From the NCBI GenBank assembly GCA_043228905.1, contig JBHGNT010000008.1, forward strand, positions 14,384,001 through 14,448,000: DNA of 64,000 bases, in the 5' to 3' direction. Of the stretch, positions 11,587 through 24,862 are shown one piece after another. The notes under the pieces were generated by a model. It was not told where the DNA came from. It was given only the letters and a program-made list of their open reading frames with translations, and did no database searches. Each line of letters starts with the position of its first letter. Within the stretch, counting starts at the first letter, position 1. Both the position numbers and the translations under genes were made by a program. Source of the DNA: Azolla caroliniana (Eukaryota > Plantae > Polypodiophyta).

Positions 11587-14500
11587 ATGTCTAGACCAAA
11601 CGACGACCACATCACCGAACGAGGGAGACGATACACCGAACGCGAGCAACGACAGCAAGCCCTGCAGCAAGCCGTCGACGAGATCCGGCGGGATCGGTCA
11701 TTCTCCAAAACTCTTCGGAGAGTCGCAGAAGAAGCACTGCAGTTCCAGGTTCTGCAAGTCCCCGACGAAGGCAGTAGCATAACAAGCCTGCAAGAGGCGG
11801 AAACGATACTACAGACGCTCGCCGGGGGCGACGGGGACTCGGAAGCATTCGCAACACTTGAGGCGGAGTCGGAAAGCGACGGAAGCGTTGCGTCCCGGTA
11901 TAAAAGTAGCCACGACACACCAAACGACCAGGGGGAAGAGGGGTCGGAAGACTCAGTAACACCGGAGCCAGAGGAAGAAATAACCTTGGAGTTCGGTGAC
12001 CGGCAATCGCCGAGGGAGGTTGACGGTATACCAACAACACCCGCGAAGGAACCGAAGGAGCGGATACCGACAACACCCACGGAGGAACCAAAGGACCGGA
12101 CACCGGCAACACCCGCGGAGGAATTGAAGGAGCGGATACCGGCACCAACCGCGGAGGAACCAAAGGTTCTCACATCGACGCCAACAGTGGACAGAGAGCG
12201 GAGAAGGCAGGAGAGTCAGTTGGACGACACGATGCCGTACCCATACCCAAAGTACCGGGATGAGCCCGACGCGGAGGCACACGTGTACGCATTCCTCCAA
12301 ACATGGGAAGCCAACCATGTCTCCCAAAGACTGACGGAGCCCGAAGCCAAACGATCCAAAGTCGCCAAATTCGGCATGACCTTAGAAGGACCGGCGGCCC
12401 GATGGCACGCAAAGCACTTACCGGGCAGCTTTGCCACATTCGATGCCTTGAAGACCAAATTCCTTAGGCTTTTTCACAGACAAGTTGAGCAAAGGGAATT
12501 GGTCGGGCAGTTCTACACCACCCGGCAGGAAGAGAACGAGACTGTGCCACAATTCATCATTCGGTTTCAGACCCTGCACAGCCAACTGACGAGAGCACCA
12601 CCCGCTGAAAGAGCCACTTCGAACAATGTGCGGAGTCCTTGATTTCCACACCAGCACAATGGACCAAGTTATTGATCGGGTCTTAGAAATGGACAAGACT
12701 AGCTCCTTCTTGTCGATGGGGATGTTACACCGGGCACTTCCGAAGGAGGAAGACCTGAGGTTCTGACAGGCCTTACAATGCACAACATGCCTAAATTCGG
12801 GCCACTCAACAGTAGACTGCACCCTGCGGACACAATGTATGATCTACAACTCTCGAGCCCATACAACGGACCGATGCGAATATAACCTGTTAAATCGGCA
12901 GCCAGCACCGGTTCGACACATAGAACCGTGCAATCAGAATCCGGATGAGGATCGATTCCAGAGAGACGACCGCTACCAACGTGAACGCGGTAACAGATAC
13001 GCTGATAGAAGACGCGATAACTATGACCGAGAGGAGAAACGCAGAGATAGCTACCCCCGGGACCGGTACGACCGAGACGAATCCCCGGAATACGAACGAC
13101 GTAGAGAAGAGAGGCGACAAGGGAACCGAAATTTCCAACGAAATCAGAAGCGTGGATTTTTCCGAAGAGAGGAACGTCGGGAGGACACAAGGAATGACAA
13201 CCCGGTAATGGTACCGGATAACCGAAAAACCGAAGACGACCGCCGAAGCATACCCACCCTCCAAACGGGGGACAAAGGAGAAACGAGCAATAGTCACAAG
13301 GTGTACTGTTATTACTGCCGTAAGGAAGGCCATTATAGTAACCAATGCCCAAGCAAAACCAATGACAAGCAGCCGGCAGTCAACATGGTTACAGCCGAAA
13401 TAACAGAAGTACAGCAGGTCACAACCCGGTCAAAGGGAAAGCCCGCCGAGTGGGAAGCCCAGGAGGCAATCAGAAAACAAGCGGCGCAATGGATCAAGGA
13501 GGCCAATGAACAGAATGCGGGAGAAGTCAGAGACCAAAATATGCCAAAAGACGAAGAAATCATACAGCCAGGAGAAAACCCGACGTGGCAAGCGCTAGAG
13601 GACTGTCAAATCGTGCTGCCGTTAACACGGCTACTACAGTTGGTGCCACGGTTTACGGCAGACTTACAGGCATCCGTAAGCAAATTGAAGCCGACGCCAA
13701 CACCGGCATTCTTCTCCAACCCGGAGGAAGGACCAGCGGTGGTCGATACAAGTAGCCCGGCGATCACGGCAATCGTGAAAGGAAAGGAAATTGCTGGAAC
13801 GATTATTGACGGAGGCTCCGGGGTAAATGTCATCAGCCGATAGACATGCAATAACCTGGGCATCCGGGAATGGGAACCATGCCCCTTCTGGTTACGCATG
13901 GCGGATACCAGCTCAGTCCGACCGACCGGACTTATCCGGGATTTGGAAGTAACGATCGGAGGCCACGTATTCTGGATATCGGCCGTGGTGCTGTAGCTGA
14001 ATGTACAAGGCGCGTACCCCCTACTGCTAGGACGACCATGGCTGCGAACGGCGCATATCAAGCAGAACTGGCAAAAGAACATGATCACATTCCGGCGAGG
14101 GAAAACAAAGGTACGAGTAACGACGCAACCACGGGTGATCGCCAGTAAGGAAGCAACTCCATTGTATGCGGAAAGCATCAACATGTTGGAGGGATTACCG
14201 GACGAGGAAGTTGAGCGGTACCTCGAGGAACACCCAGGAATCGTCCCACTATTTGAGGTGGATATCACGGCGGCAGTGGAACCGTACATTACGACGCCGG
14301 ACGAACCGGACCAGGCGGCGATCCGGGAACTGCGACAAGCGCAGGAATCCCTAGAGAGGGAAATGACGATATCCCAGAGGGTAAAAGCATCCCAACTAGA
14401 GGAGGTGGACCTCGGCACAACAGACAAGCCCCGACCGGTAAATGTCGCAAAGGAATTGCCGAAGGAAGAAAAGAAGGCAATGATAGCATTATTAACAGAC

Positions 14501-17422
14501 TTCAAGGATGTGTTCGCGTGGTCGTACGAAGACATGCGAGGGCTGGACCCCCAGCTCTATCAGCACCAAATTCACCTAAGTACGGACGCGAAACCGATCG
14601 CTCAACGCAGGTACCGGATGAATCCGAATTATGCGGCGAAGGTGAAGGAGGAGATTGATAAGCTCCTCCGGGTCGGATTTATCCGACCGGTCAAGCAGGC
14701 AACCTGGCTGAGTCCGATAGTGGTGGTCCCGAAAAAGAACGGCAAAATCCGGGTATGCGTGGACTACCGAAAACTAAATGCCGCAAAAGTGACCGATGCG
14801 TTTCCACTACCATTTACGGATGGGGTGTTAGATGCGGTAGCCGGCCACGAAGTTTGCAGCTTCCTGGATGGATTTAGCGGCTACAACCAAATACGAATGA
14901 ACCCGGCCGACCAGGAGAAGACAGCGTTCGTTACGGAATGGGGAGTGTTCGTCGTGGTCGTGATGATGTTCGGACTAAAGACGGCTCCAGCGACCTTTCA
15001 AAGGATAATAATGGAAATTTTCGGGGAATATATCCCCGGTTTTATGCAGGTCTTCCTTGACGATTTCGCGGTCTACAGCCGGCACGGAGAGCGTCTCGAT
15101 CACCTCCGGCTGTGCTTGGAGAAGTGCCGCGAGTACCGGTTGAGTCTGAACCTGGCCAAGTGCGTCTTTGGAGTGGCAAGCGGCAACTTACTAGGGCACG
15201 TGGTGAGTAAGGAAGGAATTGCGGTAGATCCGGATAAAGTCAAGGCGATTCTCGAGGCACTAGCACCAAATAACGCAAAGGCTTTAAGCCGGTTCCTGGG
15301 CCAAATAAGGTGGCATAGCCGGATGATACGGCACCTCGCAGACTTCGCTACACCATTACATACCGTCGTACACAGGGTACCCTTCCTATGGGCGGAGACG
15401 GAGGAGGAAGCCTACCAAGCGTTGAAGGTTATGCTGTCGCAAGCTCCAGTGGTGCAACCGCCGGATTGGAGTAAAAGCTTTCACGTCTTCGTCGACGCGT
15501 CGGACGTAGCAATCGGCAGCATTCTGATGCAACTCACGGAGCCGAAATGGTACCGACCGGTGTACTACACAAGCCGGAAACTCTCAAAAGCCGAACGGAA
15601 CTACTCTACGATGGAACGCGAGGCATTAGGAATGGTGTATAGTGTCACAAAGTACAAGCACTATCTGCTCGGAAGGAAGTTTTCCTTCCATGTCGACCAT
15701 TCGGCACTACTCTACCTGGTCTCGAAGGCATCCCTGACGGGAAAAATTGCACGATGGACACTGCTGTTACAGGAATTTGAATTCGACATTTTCCACCGAC
15801 CCGGGGTGCAGCATGCGGTAGCGGACTACCTAAGCAGACTCGAATCCGGAGAAGTAGGGGACGGCATCTAGGATGAGTTCCCCGACGCCGAGTTGTTCCG
15901 GATCACGACGAAACCGGCAACGGATGCAACGGTAGCCGATGAAGACACGTGGCTAACTGAGATGCATCAGTTCCTGAGCACCGGAGTACCCCCGGAGAAC
16001 ATGGACCGCGATGAAAGGAAAAGGGTAGCAGTAAGAAGCAGACATTTCTGCTTGGTTGGAGACACCCTCTATCACAAGGGGGCAGATGGCATCTGGAGAC
16101 GAGCAGTGCGGAGCGATGAGAAGGATTTAATCCTCAGGGAAGCCCACTGTGGAATTGCCGGCGGGCATTATGCCGGCGACGCAACCGCTCGGAAAATATG
16201 GCAGAGCGGACTGTGGTGGCCCACCACCCTAAAAGATGCCGTGAAGTATAGCAGAGAATGCGATTTGTGTCAACGACTGGGCCAACCCACGGAGCAGGCC
16301 CGGATGCCACACCACCCGGTCTTGCCTTTGGAACCATTTCAAAAGTGGGGTTTGGACTTTGTTGGTCCCTTCAAGCCACCGGCAATGCGAACCGGAAATC
16401 GGTATGTCATAGTGGCAACCGACTATTGCACCAAATGGGTAGAAGCAAAGCCCTTACGAGACAACACGGCCGCGTCCACGGAAAAATTTCTGTACGAGTG
16501 CATATGGTGCCGGTATGGATGCCCGATCGAGCTTATAAGTGACCAAGGAGGACATTTTCTCGGGCAGGTAGTAGAAAGCCTGACGTCATTTTACGCGGTG
16601 GTACATAAAAGGAGTACTCCCTACTACCCTCAAGCCAATGGACTAGCGGAATCAACGAACAAAACCCTGCAGAACATCCTACGAAAAATCGTCAACGAGA
16701 ATCGGACCGACTGGGATACGAAATTGCAAAGTGCGCTATGGGCGAAATTGCAAAGCGCGCTATGGGCGTACCGAACAACGTACAAAACCAGCATCCGGAC
16801 AACCCCGTTCCGACTAGCATTCGGTTTAGAAGCGGTCATGGCGGTAGAGTTCCAGATCCCCAGCTTACGGATCCAGGTAAAGGAGCGCTTAAGTGAGAAG
16901 GAGTCCGAACGAATCCGGCTGGCGACGTTGTTGGAATTAGAAAAAAACCGAATAGCCAGCTTACTACAACTCGAACTGGAGCAAAGGAGGAGAAAAGCTT
17001 TCGTGGACCGACACCGGCGTGGCAACGAAAAGGAGTTCGAAGTCGGGAAACCGGTGCTACTATTCCAGACACGGATGGGGAACATGCCGGGAAAGTTGCG
17101 GTTTCGGTGGACCGGACCGTTCTGGATCACCAAGGAGTACAATGGGTCATATCAGCTCGGCACGTTGTCTGGAGATGTCATCGGTAAGTGGGCAAATGGG
17201 TTTCGGCTAAAGCCGTATAAGGGAAATATGTCAGCCAACCCGTTCAAGCAAAACCCGGAAATCCGGCAAGATGAGGAACCGACACCGACAGACGCTGCCG
17301 AAGATATCCGGACCGAGGAAGAACCGACACCGATACTGACAAAGACTATCCCGGAAAACCGACAGAAGGATCCGGTATCAGCACGAACCGACCTGAACAA
17401 ATCGGGGGGGACCAGAAAATGA
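11587..17422 (+). pseudogene. gag-pol of gypsy A (frameshift near 12604, several stops)
   Basis: YPYPKY gag motif, CCHC knuckle, IIDGGSG protease, FLDD RT, RNase H, HHCC and DDE integrase; collinear with copy B. Confidence 0.93.
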
Positions 17423-17823
17423 CGTGGTCCAAACAAACAGAAAAAAATAAAAATAAAAATAAAAATAAAAATCATAGTAGTGATGGGGAGATCACAAGAG
17501 GTGGGAGCGCCACCATGCAACGAAGAGGCGCCATGCAGTAAAGAAGGACGTGCGCGTACTTGCTATTTAAAGCATGGAACGTGGGCACTCACACGCGGCA
17601 AGCAAGAAAGGACATACTAATTATGGCGGGAGATGAACATGCGCGGGAAACGAAAAAGGGCGGCTCGAGGCAAAAGCCACTATATAAGACACGGGCCTGC
17701 GAAGGACTTACTTTTTACGAATTTTCCTACACGCAGGCGCAGAAGCACAGAAGAACGATCTGACGCACAACGCACACATAGCCCGATCCCGAACAACAGA
17801 CAGCAGAAGAAGAAGAGGAACCA

Positions 17824-20744
17824 ATGGCACTGTAGGAGGAGGCACGCCAATGGATGAGGGAGAACGGGTTAAAAGGATTGTTGCGGATCGCCAACGCTCC
17901 ACCACACGCAGAACCAGAGCAGGCGGCAACATCGATTGATTTATCAGAAATCACGGAAGGAGCGGTGCAGGCGCTCACGGGGATAAAAGCAGGAGGACTT
18001 TAAACAATCGAAAACCTTTCAAGTGAAATCCTGTTCGAATATTTCGGTGAGTATTCTATCAGCAGCAAGGCGTACCGAACACAGGGCGGAGAGAACCTGC
18101 TGTTCGGAGAAGTGGCCCGCGCCATGATGGAATACGGATTCGTGAATCCTCGTCCCCCGGCCATAGCGAGGTACCGGGCAGCGTTCTTAATTGCAGCGTA
18201 CGAAGGATTACAAGTGGACTGGCTCCATTTCATAACCGAAGGATTGAAGGAGGCCATCAAGAACCTTGTGGAAGGAAAAAAGCCATGGGCCGGGATAGCA
18301 CAATGGCTAACGGTGTTAGTCCCACCGATGCTCCCCATCAAACAAAAGAAAAGAGGTCGGCAGGAGACGACGCCGAAAAAGGTCACAAAGCGCCGACATA
18401 TCCTGGAGAAACACACCCCCGGATGGACCCAGGAAGAAGCAGAACAGCGGGGGGAAGGACCATCCCGACAGCAACAGGAACCGGCAACAAAGGCAAAACC
18501 GACATGAAAAGGCAAAGGGAAATCGGCCGAGGAGGAACCGGTAGCGCTCAAACCAATCAATATAACGCTGCGACGGCCGGAACCAGAACCAGAGGTCTTT
18601 ATACAAAAGGTCCGTCTGGTAGCCGCACCGGAGGAGGAAGCTGAAACAGAAGACTCATCCGAACAACTGGTAAGACTCCCAGCAAGACAAGGTCGGGAGA
18701 GACGGGCAAAAGGACCGGCTCCACTAGTTGACAAAACTCAGCAGAGGGCGCAAGGACCACCTCCAGTAGCCGAGGCGGAAGCAGTACCGGAACCCGTACC
18801 GAGGGAAGCAGCACTGACACCGGTTTTGCCGGACTTCAAAGAACCGGTCATCCCAGAGAAGAGGAATGAACAAGCGCCGGAGCCAAAGAAAAGGCCGGAA
18901 AAACAGCCTGAGTTAAGGAGTAGAAGTGAGCAAGGCTACCCCGACACAGGAAGCACAAAGCCACAATGGCTGAGATGGCTTTCGGAGCAGTTATCGGGAG
19001 TAGCGGACCAGTTAGAGGAAGAAGAAACGTGTAGGCAAACCTGACGCATACAACAACCCAGGAGTTGGTCGCGCTCCGAACACAAATCGAGGAATTGCAA
19101 GGGGAGCTGTTGCAGGCAAGGGAAGGAATTCAACAAGCACAAGTTGTCACCGAGCCGGTCGGGACAACAAGGAAGCAACCAGAACCGGAACCGGAACCGG
19201 TAGCCTTGCAAACCGGCCCTGAGACCGAAAAAATAATAGAAACCTTACAAGAGGAGTTAAAAGCTCAGGAGGCATTAAGGGAAAAAGAAAGGGAGCAGCG
19301 GAAAGCGGTGGAGGACGACAGACGGAAAATGGAAGAAGGCCTCCGGAAAGGCCGAGCCACTAATGACCGACTGCAAGAAGAAAAAGAGAAGCTGCAAAAG
19401 GAGAAGGACCGACTGCGTCGACATGCCGAGCAGGAGATAGAACGATTGTAGGAAGAACTCCGACAACAGAAGGACCGAGATGACCGGTTAAGAGCCCAGG
19501 CAAACCGACGCCTGAAGCAGAAGACGGAGGACTTCGACCGTCTCTACCGAGATCACAAGCAGGTCGAGTCGGACAACAAGAAACGGGCAGCAGACTACGA
19601 CTGGCAAATAGAGAAGTTGAAAGAACAGCTCAAAGAGACCGAATTAGACCTGGCTAAGGCAATGGATGAGTTCAGTGCCAAAAAGGAAGCATTGTCAGCG
19701 GAAATAACCCAAGCGACGGAGAGAAGGAAGGAATTAGAGGCGCTAACGCGGGAAAAGCTGGATCTGACCAAGATCAGGAATGAAGAAAAGGAAAGATCGA
19801 CCTTCACGATCAACAAACTGCAAAGTACCTATGAAAAGCAGAAAGCGGATTACGAGGCCCAGGCTCAGATAATGGCCGACATTATAAAACGGGCAAGGAA
19901 GGAAAAACAAGAAGCTTACGCGCATGCTAAGGCGGGGGTTGACCGGATCAAGCTCATCATGTCAGGTTGGAGCACCCGAGCTCAGGCAAGCATCAACGAA
20001 AGTACGGAAAAGCTATGGAAGGAGTGGTCACAACAGGCAGCCGAGCTGCAGACACTCCGAGCTGATGCCGAGAATCGGAGGAAGACCGGTGACAAGTTCT
20101 ACAAGATGGATGAAGAAAGTATCATCGCCATTCGGGAAGAATTGTCAGAGGATTTCTACGCTTTAGCGGAAGAACATCTCAAAGAAATCCGAGGGTTGGT
20201 AGAGAGGTTGGATGACGGGCAGCTCGCAACTCAATTGGAGTTGGAGAAATACGAGCAGGACCGGTTACGATAGGAAGCCAAGGGAAGAATGACGCCAATC
20301 ACTATAAGTGAGGGAGAGCGACCGGCTGAAGTTGAACCAACCGACACCGAACAACCCCGACAAGGAATACCCGAAGAAGAACTTCCGTCCGAAGGAAATC
20401 AAGAAGAGCAGGAGCAGACCGATGCCGGAGAAGAAGAAGAGTTGAGACCGGAAGACACCAGAGCAGAGGAAGAAGGCGTACCGAGCAGACCAGTCGAGAC
20501 CGGAGAAAGCGACACTGGTAACAGAACAGAGCCGGGAACGGAGGGAGAACAGGAAGAACCCGGACGGAGCGGTGAGGAAGCACCGGCACCACAGAATCAA
20601 GCAGAGCCGGAGCAGCAAATTTTTACGAAATAGCCAACCCAACTGGAGGTTGGAGACCAGGCAGGCAAGGAACAGGAATTGGAGGAAGAAGCACCACTTG
20701 ACACCATCGAGCAGAGTGTGCTCGATATTTTGGAGGAAGAATGA
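17824..20744 (+). pseudogene. extra ORF3 of gypsy A (degenerate)
   Basis: Fragments 18112-18507, 19065-19451, 19617-20273 and 20289-20633 align with ORF3 of copy B. Confidence 0.85.
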
Positions 20745-20794
20745 GGCCGGGAGTGGATTCGAAGTGCAAGGCACTTTCCCACAGGCGTGCCATG

Positions 20795-21184
20795 TGTTGA
20801 CCGGTCAGAAGAGCAAGGACAAGTGGGAAGGCAGAGTCGGATCGGATAATAGGAAGTAAATAATAGTAGAATTATTATTCGGAGGGACAGATCCGGTATA
20901 GTTGTACCGATCCGGATCCGGACCGATTCAGATGCCGGTTGCCTAAGCGCACCGATTGTAACCTTGCCGGATGCCTATAAAAGGATCCGATGATTTGTAA
21001 AGGTTTTGACGGAAGTAATACAAATAGAATTATTGCGTGTTTATCTGTAGCTCTGTATTGTTTTACCGTCTGTGCTTAATTGTAATCATCTTACGCGTGT
21101 AACCTAGCATCCAATCCTTACCACCCCTCTGGAGAAGTGTCGGATAGACACCTGTGTTGAGGCTAGTCCGGCCAGGTGACAACA
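20795..21184 (+). repeat. 3' LTR of gypsy A
   Basis: Direct repeat of 11145-11534, followed by TSD ATCAT. Confidence 0.95.
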
Positions 21185-22467
21185 ATCATTACGTGTTGAA
21201 TATGCTCTTCAAGTTTGGAATGGAAAACTGTAAGCCCATCTCGCCCCTCTAGATAGAAATGCAAAGCTTCGCCGAGATTCGGGAAAGGCATGCGACCCGA
21301 CACGGTTTCGACATATTGTCGGATGCCTCATCTATTTGACGATTACTCGGCCAGATCTCAGCTACCCGGTCAGCTTAATCGGTCAATTTATGTCACGGTC
21401 TATGGCTGAATACTTTCAGTGCACGCAAAGGATATTGCAATATGTCAGCGGCACGAAAGACATGGCGTTGTTCTATCAGGCAGGCGTAGCCGAACTGTTG
21501 GTTGGCTACACGGATGTCGATTGGGCCAGAAATGCCCACGATCATAGATCCACATCCAGATACGCATTCTCTCTAGGAAGTGCGGCGATTGCATGGAGCA
21601 ACAAAAAGTAGCCGACAATGGCACTGTCGAGCACGGAGGCCAAGTATCGAGGGGCGACTGTCGCTACGTGTGAAGTCATTTGGCTAAAACGGCTATTACG
21701 GGATCTGCATGTAGAGGTGTCTGATCCGACGACAAACTTTTGTGACAACCTCAGTAGTATCCACCTTGTGAAAACTCCGTGTTCCATGCCCGGACCAAGC
21801 ACATTGAGGTGCATTACCATTTTGTCTACGAGCGGGTCCTTTCGAGTGAAGTAGAACTAGTGTATGTTCCGACGGATCAGCAGGTTGCCGACATCTTCAC
21901 CAAGCCTCTTGGTCTTGACAAGTTACGGCATTTCTCGGGTGAGCTTGGGTTGCATCACCTCGACACGCCGAACTTGAGGGGGAGAAAGGAAGAACATGAA
22001 CAAGAGCGTGAAAGGAGCGGAGGAGTTCTTCACGGCGGAAGTGACCCTGATGAGGAATCGGATGAGGAAGCTGAAGAAAAGAGCAAGGGCCATAACCGTA
22101 GGGAAGAGGCGAGGATAGCCAAATCAAGGGGAGATACAGCCAAGAAGGGCGTAAAGGCCAAGACCAAGACGTGGTCTAATGTAGTCAAAGGGCTAATTCG
22201 GATGAGAGCGGAATTGAATCGGAAGTGTTCGATTCGGATACGCCGAATCAACTGAAGGACATGCTGAGAAAAGGGCAGCGAAGGACACGCCGACACCACG
22301 ACAGCAAGGGAGCTGAGAAGGGCCGAACAAGCAGATAGGCTGACTGGAAGAGTCAAAGCGCGTAGAATCAAACAAGTCGAGGAGCGCGAGCGAGGCATGA
22401 AGCCAAAAGGAACCGGAATGTAGAGCCGGAAGAGTGGACGGAACCTCAAGTTGAGCTTGAGGGGGAG

Positions 22468-22885
22468 TGTTGAGTGACAAGCTCAACATTGGGTGCGTAA
22501 CACGGTGTGTAACCTAGTGCATAGACTGGGTGCGTAAACCAGTATGCATAACGTAAGCCATAGCGGTGCGTAAACCGCGAGGCCGTTGGAAAGATATTCC
22601 GCGTAGGAATATATTTTGGGAGTTAGTGTAGAGCTCAGTTATGAGCATTGAAGTGTGTGTCAGTACTTCTGTGAGTCTGTATGGACTTGTATAAAAGGTG
22701 CTCACTGAGCACGAAGCATGTACAGGGAGTCATTATTTTGAAATTGAACCTAGTTGTTTGCTCTCTCTCTGTCTCTCCATCTCCATCTCCATCTCTGTGT
22801 TTTCTGTGTGTTTACCGAACTGTCTTATTTCCGAACTGTGTACTCTGTGTTTACGCACACACTTTCACACACGTATTCTTTTACA
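22468..22885 (+). repeat. 3' LTR of second copia family
   Basis: Follows PPT GAGGGGGAG; TGTTGAG...TTTTACA; similar to 45158-45548 and to 47196-47344 plus 60763-60943. Confidence 0.85.
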
Positions 22886-24236
22886 AAGACATTGTGAATT
22901 CGGTAGTGTGATGGAAGCGCAAGATGGAAAGCCACAGGGTTGACTTTCTCAATGATGCGGAACGGACCCAACTTTTTGTAATCGAGTTTGTTGCATGGGT
23001 GAGTTGTTGGAATATGCTAACGTAATAGCCAGACCATGTCACCAACTTTAAAAGCAGGTGCATCCTGCCGATGTCGATCAACCTTCTCTTTGTGTTGTTC
23101 TTGAGCAATGGAGATTTCTAGGGATAGGTCATGATGCACTTCTTTCATCAGACGAACTCGTTCTTCAGCAGATGGATTCATAGAACCAACAGGGATAGCT
23201 ATGCTAAAGCGTGGGTGGAACCCATAATTTGCGAAGAAGGGTGTTACGCTAGTTGATGTGCGGAAAGTATTGTTGTAGGCGAACTCAACCATTGAAAGAA
23301 ATTTGAACCAATCATCTTGTTGATAACTTATCATACATCGGAGATATTGCTCGAGGATCTGATTTACTCATTCTGTTTGGCCATCTGTCTCAGGATGGAA
23401 GGCCGTCGAAATTTTTGTGGAAGTTCCAAGAGTCTACAAGACGCGTTTCCAGAAATGAGACATAAATTGGGGACCGCGATCAGAAATAATGTCATCCGGT
23501 AAACCGTAAAGGTGCACAATATTCGTTAACAATAAATCTAGTGTTTCCATCCCTGAAATTGCTTTAGAACATGGAATAAAATGTGTCATCTTTGTGAATC
23601 CCTCAATACTCAATTGAATCCCTATAAACCACCACCAATACTCAATTGAATCCCTCAATGTCGGGAAGTTCGGTGATAAAATCCGTCGAGATGGAAGCCC
23701 ATGGCCTATTTGGGATTGGCAGAGGTTGAAATAGACCGTAGGGACGATGATGTACTGCTTTGGCACGGGCACATGTATCACATGTTTTCACAAATTGTTT
23801 TACAAGTTTCCAAGGTTGTGGCCACCAATAACTTCTAGAGATTAACTCCAAAGTTTTTGCAACACCAAAATGTCCAGCTAGGACATCATCATGGCACTCC
23901 TTCACGATACGGATATGACAAGGACCATTTGGGACATACATTAAGTTGTTCCGGAAAAGAAAACCATCCCGAAACATAAATTGTTCATGGATATTTCGTA
24001 CCTCCCTTATGGTTGAGTTGTTTACTCAATTCTCCTTAATCTCTTTTGCAAAATTGTCGTTGGTAGTATCTATCGCTATTGCATTGAGTAATGATTCATC
24101 CACCCCCATATAAGTTGCAAAGAGTTGCATCTGATGTGGTTGTAGGAGACAACGTGATTGTTGATTGTAGATCGCATCTCCTGGCCGGATTTTGAATTCC
24201 GAACGCCGAGATAGGGCATCAGCTTTACCATGTTCG

Positions 24237-24862
24237 TGTTGGGAGACAGGTCCCTCCGGATGGGAAGGGAGAAGAACAGTGATGATGAACAAGCTCTAAA
24301 CCGTATGAGGAGGACCCGGCTACGGAGAGCCGGATGGTGCAGACCCGGTATGAACCGGATGAGGAGTACCCGGCTACGAAGAGCCGGATGGTACAAACCC
24401 GGTGAGAACTGGATGAAGAGACATATTCGTAAATATGTTTCTGAGAGTCCATCGAGGCTATATTTGTAAATAGCCGAAAAGTCATATTAGTATAAATATG
24501 ACTTAGGGCAAACCTTTAGTAGTTGTTGTCATTCCTATTTTGCACGAGATTAGAGCGCGTAACAGTGTACAGAGAGAGAGAGAGAGAGAGAGGTCACTGC
24601 CTCTGTTGTAACCGCCGCCTGTGGCGAAGATTGTGAGCACGAGGTCGTTGCCTCCGTGAACTCATTGTTTGTACATTCCAACATAGTGATAGTTTGCAGC
24701 CTGTGGGCTGCCGTGGTTTTTCCCTTAGTTTGGGTTTTCCACGTAAACATCTCGTGTACCTTTTCTCTCCTTTGTGTCATTCTTTATTTCCCGTTTTCTG
24801 TGCATGAATCTAAGCTTGGTTGTGGCCGAGCGTTGTGTATAGGGAGCGTTCAGTTCCCGACA
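24237..24862 (+). mobile_element. solo LTR of the Tork-like copia family
   Basis: Similar to LTR 4532-5175; TG..CA ends; 5-bp TSD GTTCG on both sides. Confidence 0.93.

Larger units (their letters stand above)
11145..21184 (+). mobile_element. non-chromovirus Ty3/gypsy element with extra 3' ORF, copy A
   Basis: 390-bp LTRs at 11145-11534 and 20795-21184, 5-bp TSD ATCAT, PBS TGGCGACCAC, gag-PR-RT-RH-INT followed by ORF3. Confidence 0.95.
10621..22885 (+). mobile_element. Ty1/copia element of second family, 5'-truncated (RT-RH-3' LTR), interrupted by gypsy A
   Basis: RT GVDYDETF..LYGLKQAPRAW..YVDD at 10621-11144 continues at 21190 into RNase H; PPT and LTR at 22468-22885. Confidence 0.88.

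Noticed and set aside
13606-14535. Conserved antisense ORF (also 29415-30344)
   Set aside because: It is a shadow of the pol frame in two related copies with biased codon usage, with no independent evidence.
16720-16767. KLQSALWA duplication in the integrase of copy A as a functional feature
   Set aside because: It is a 24-bp slippage duplication absent from copy B, in an already defective copy.
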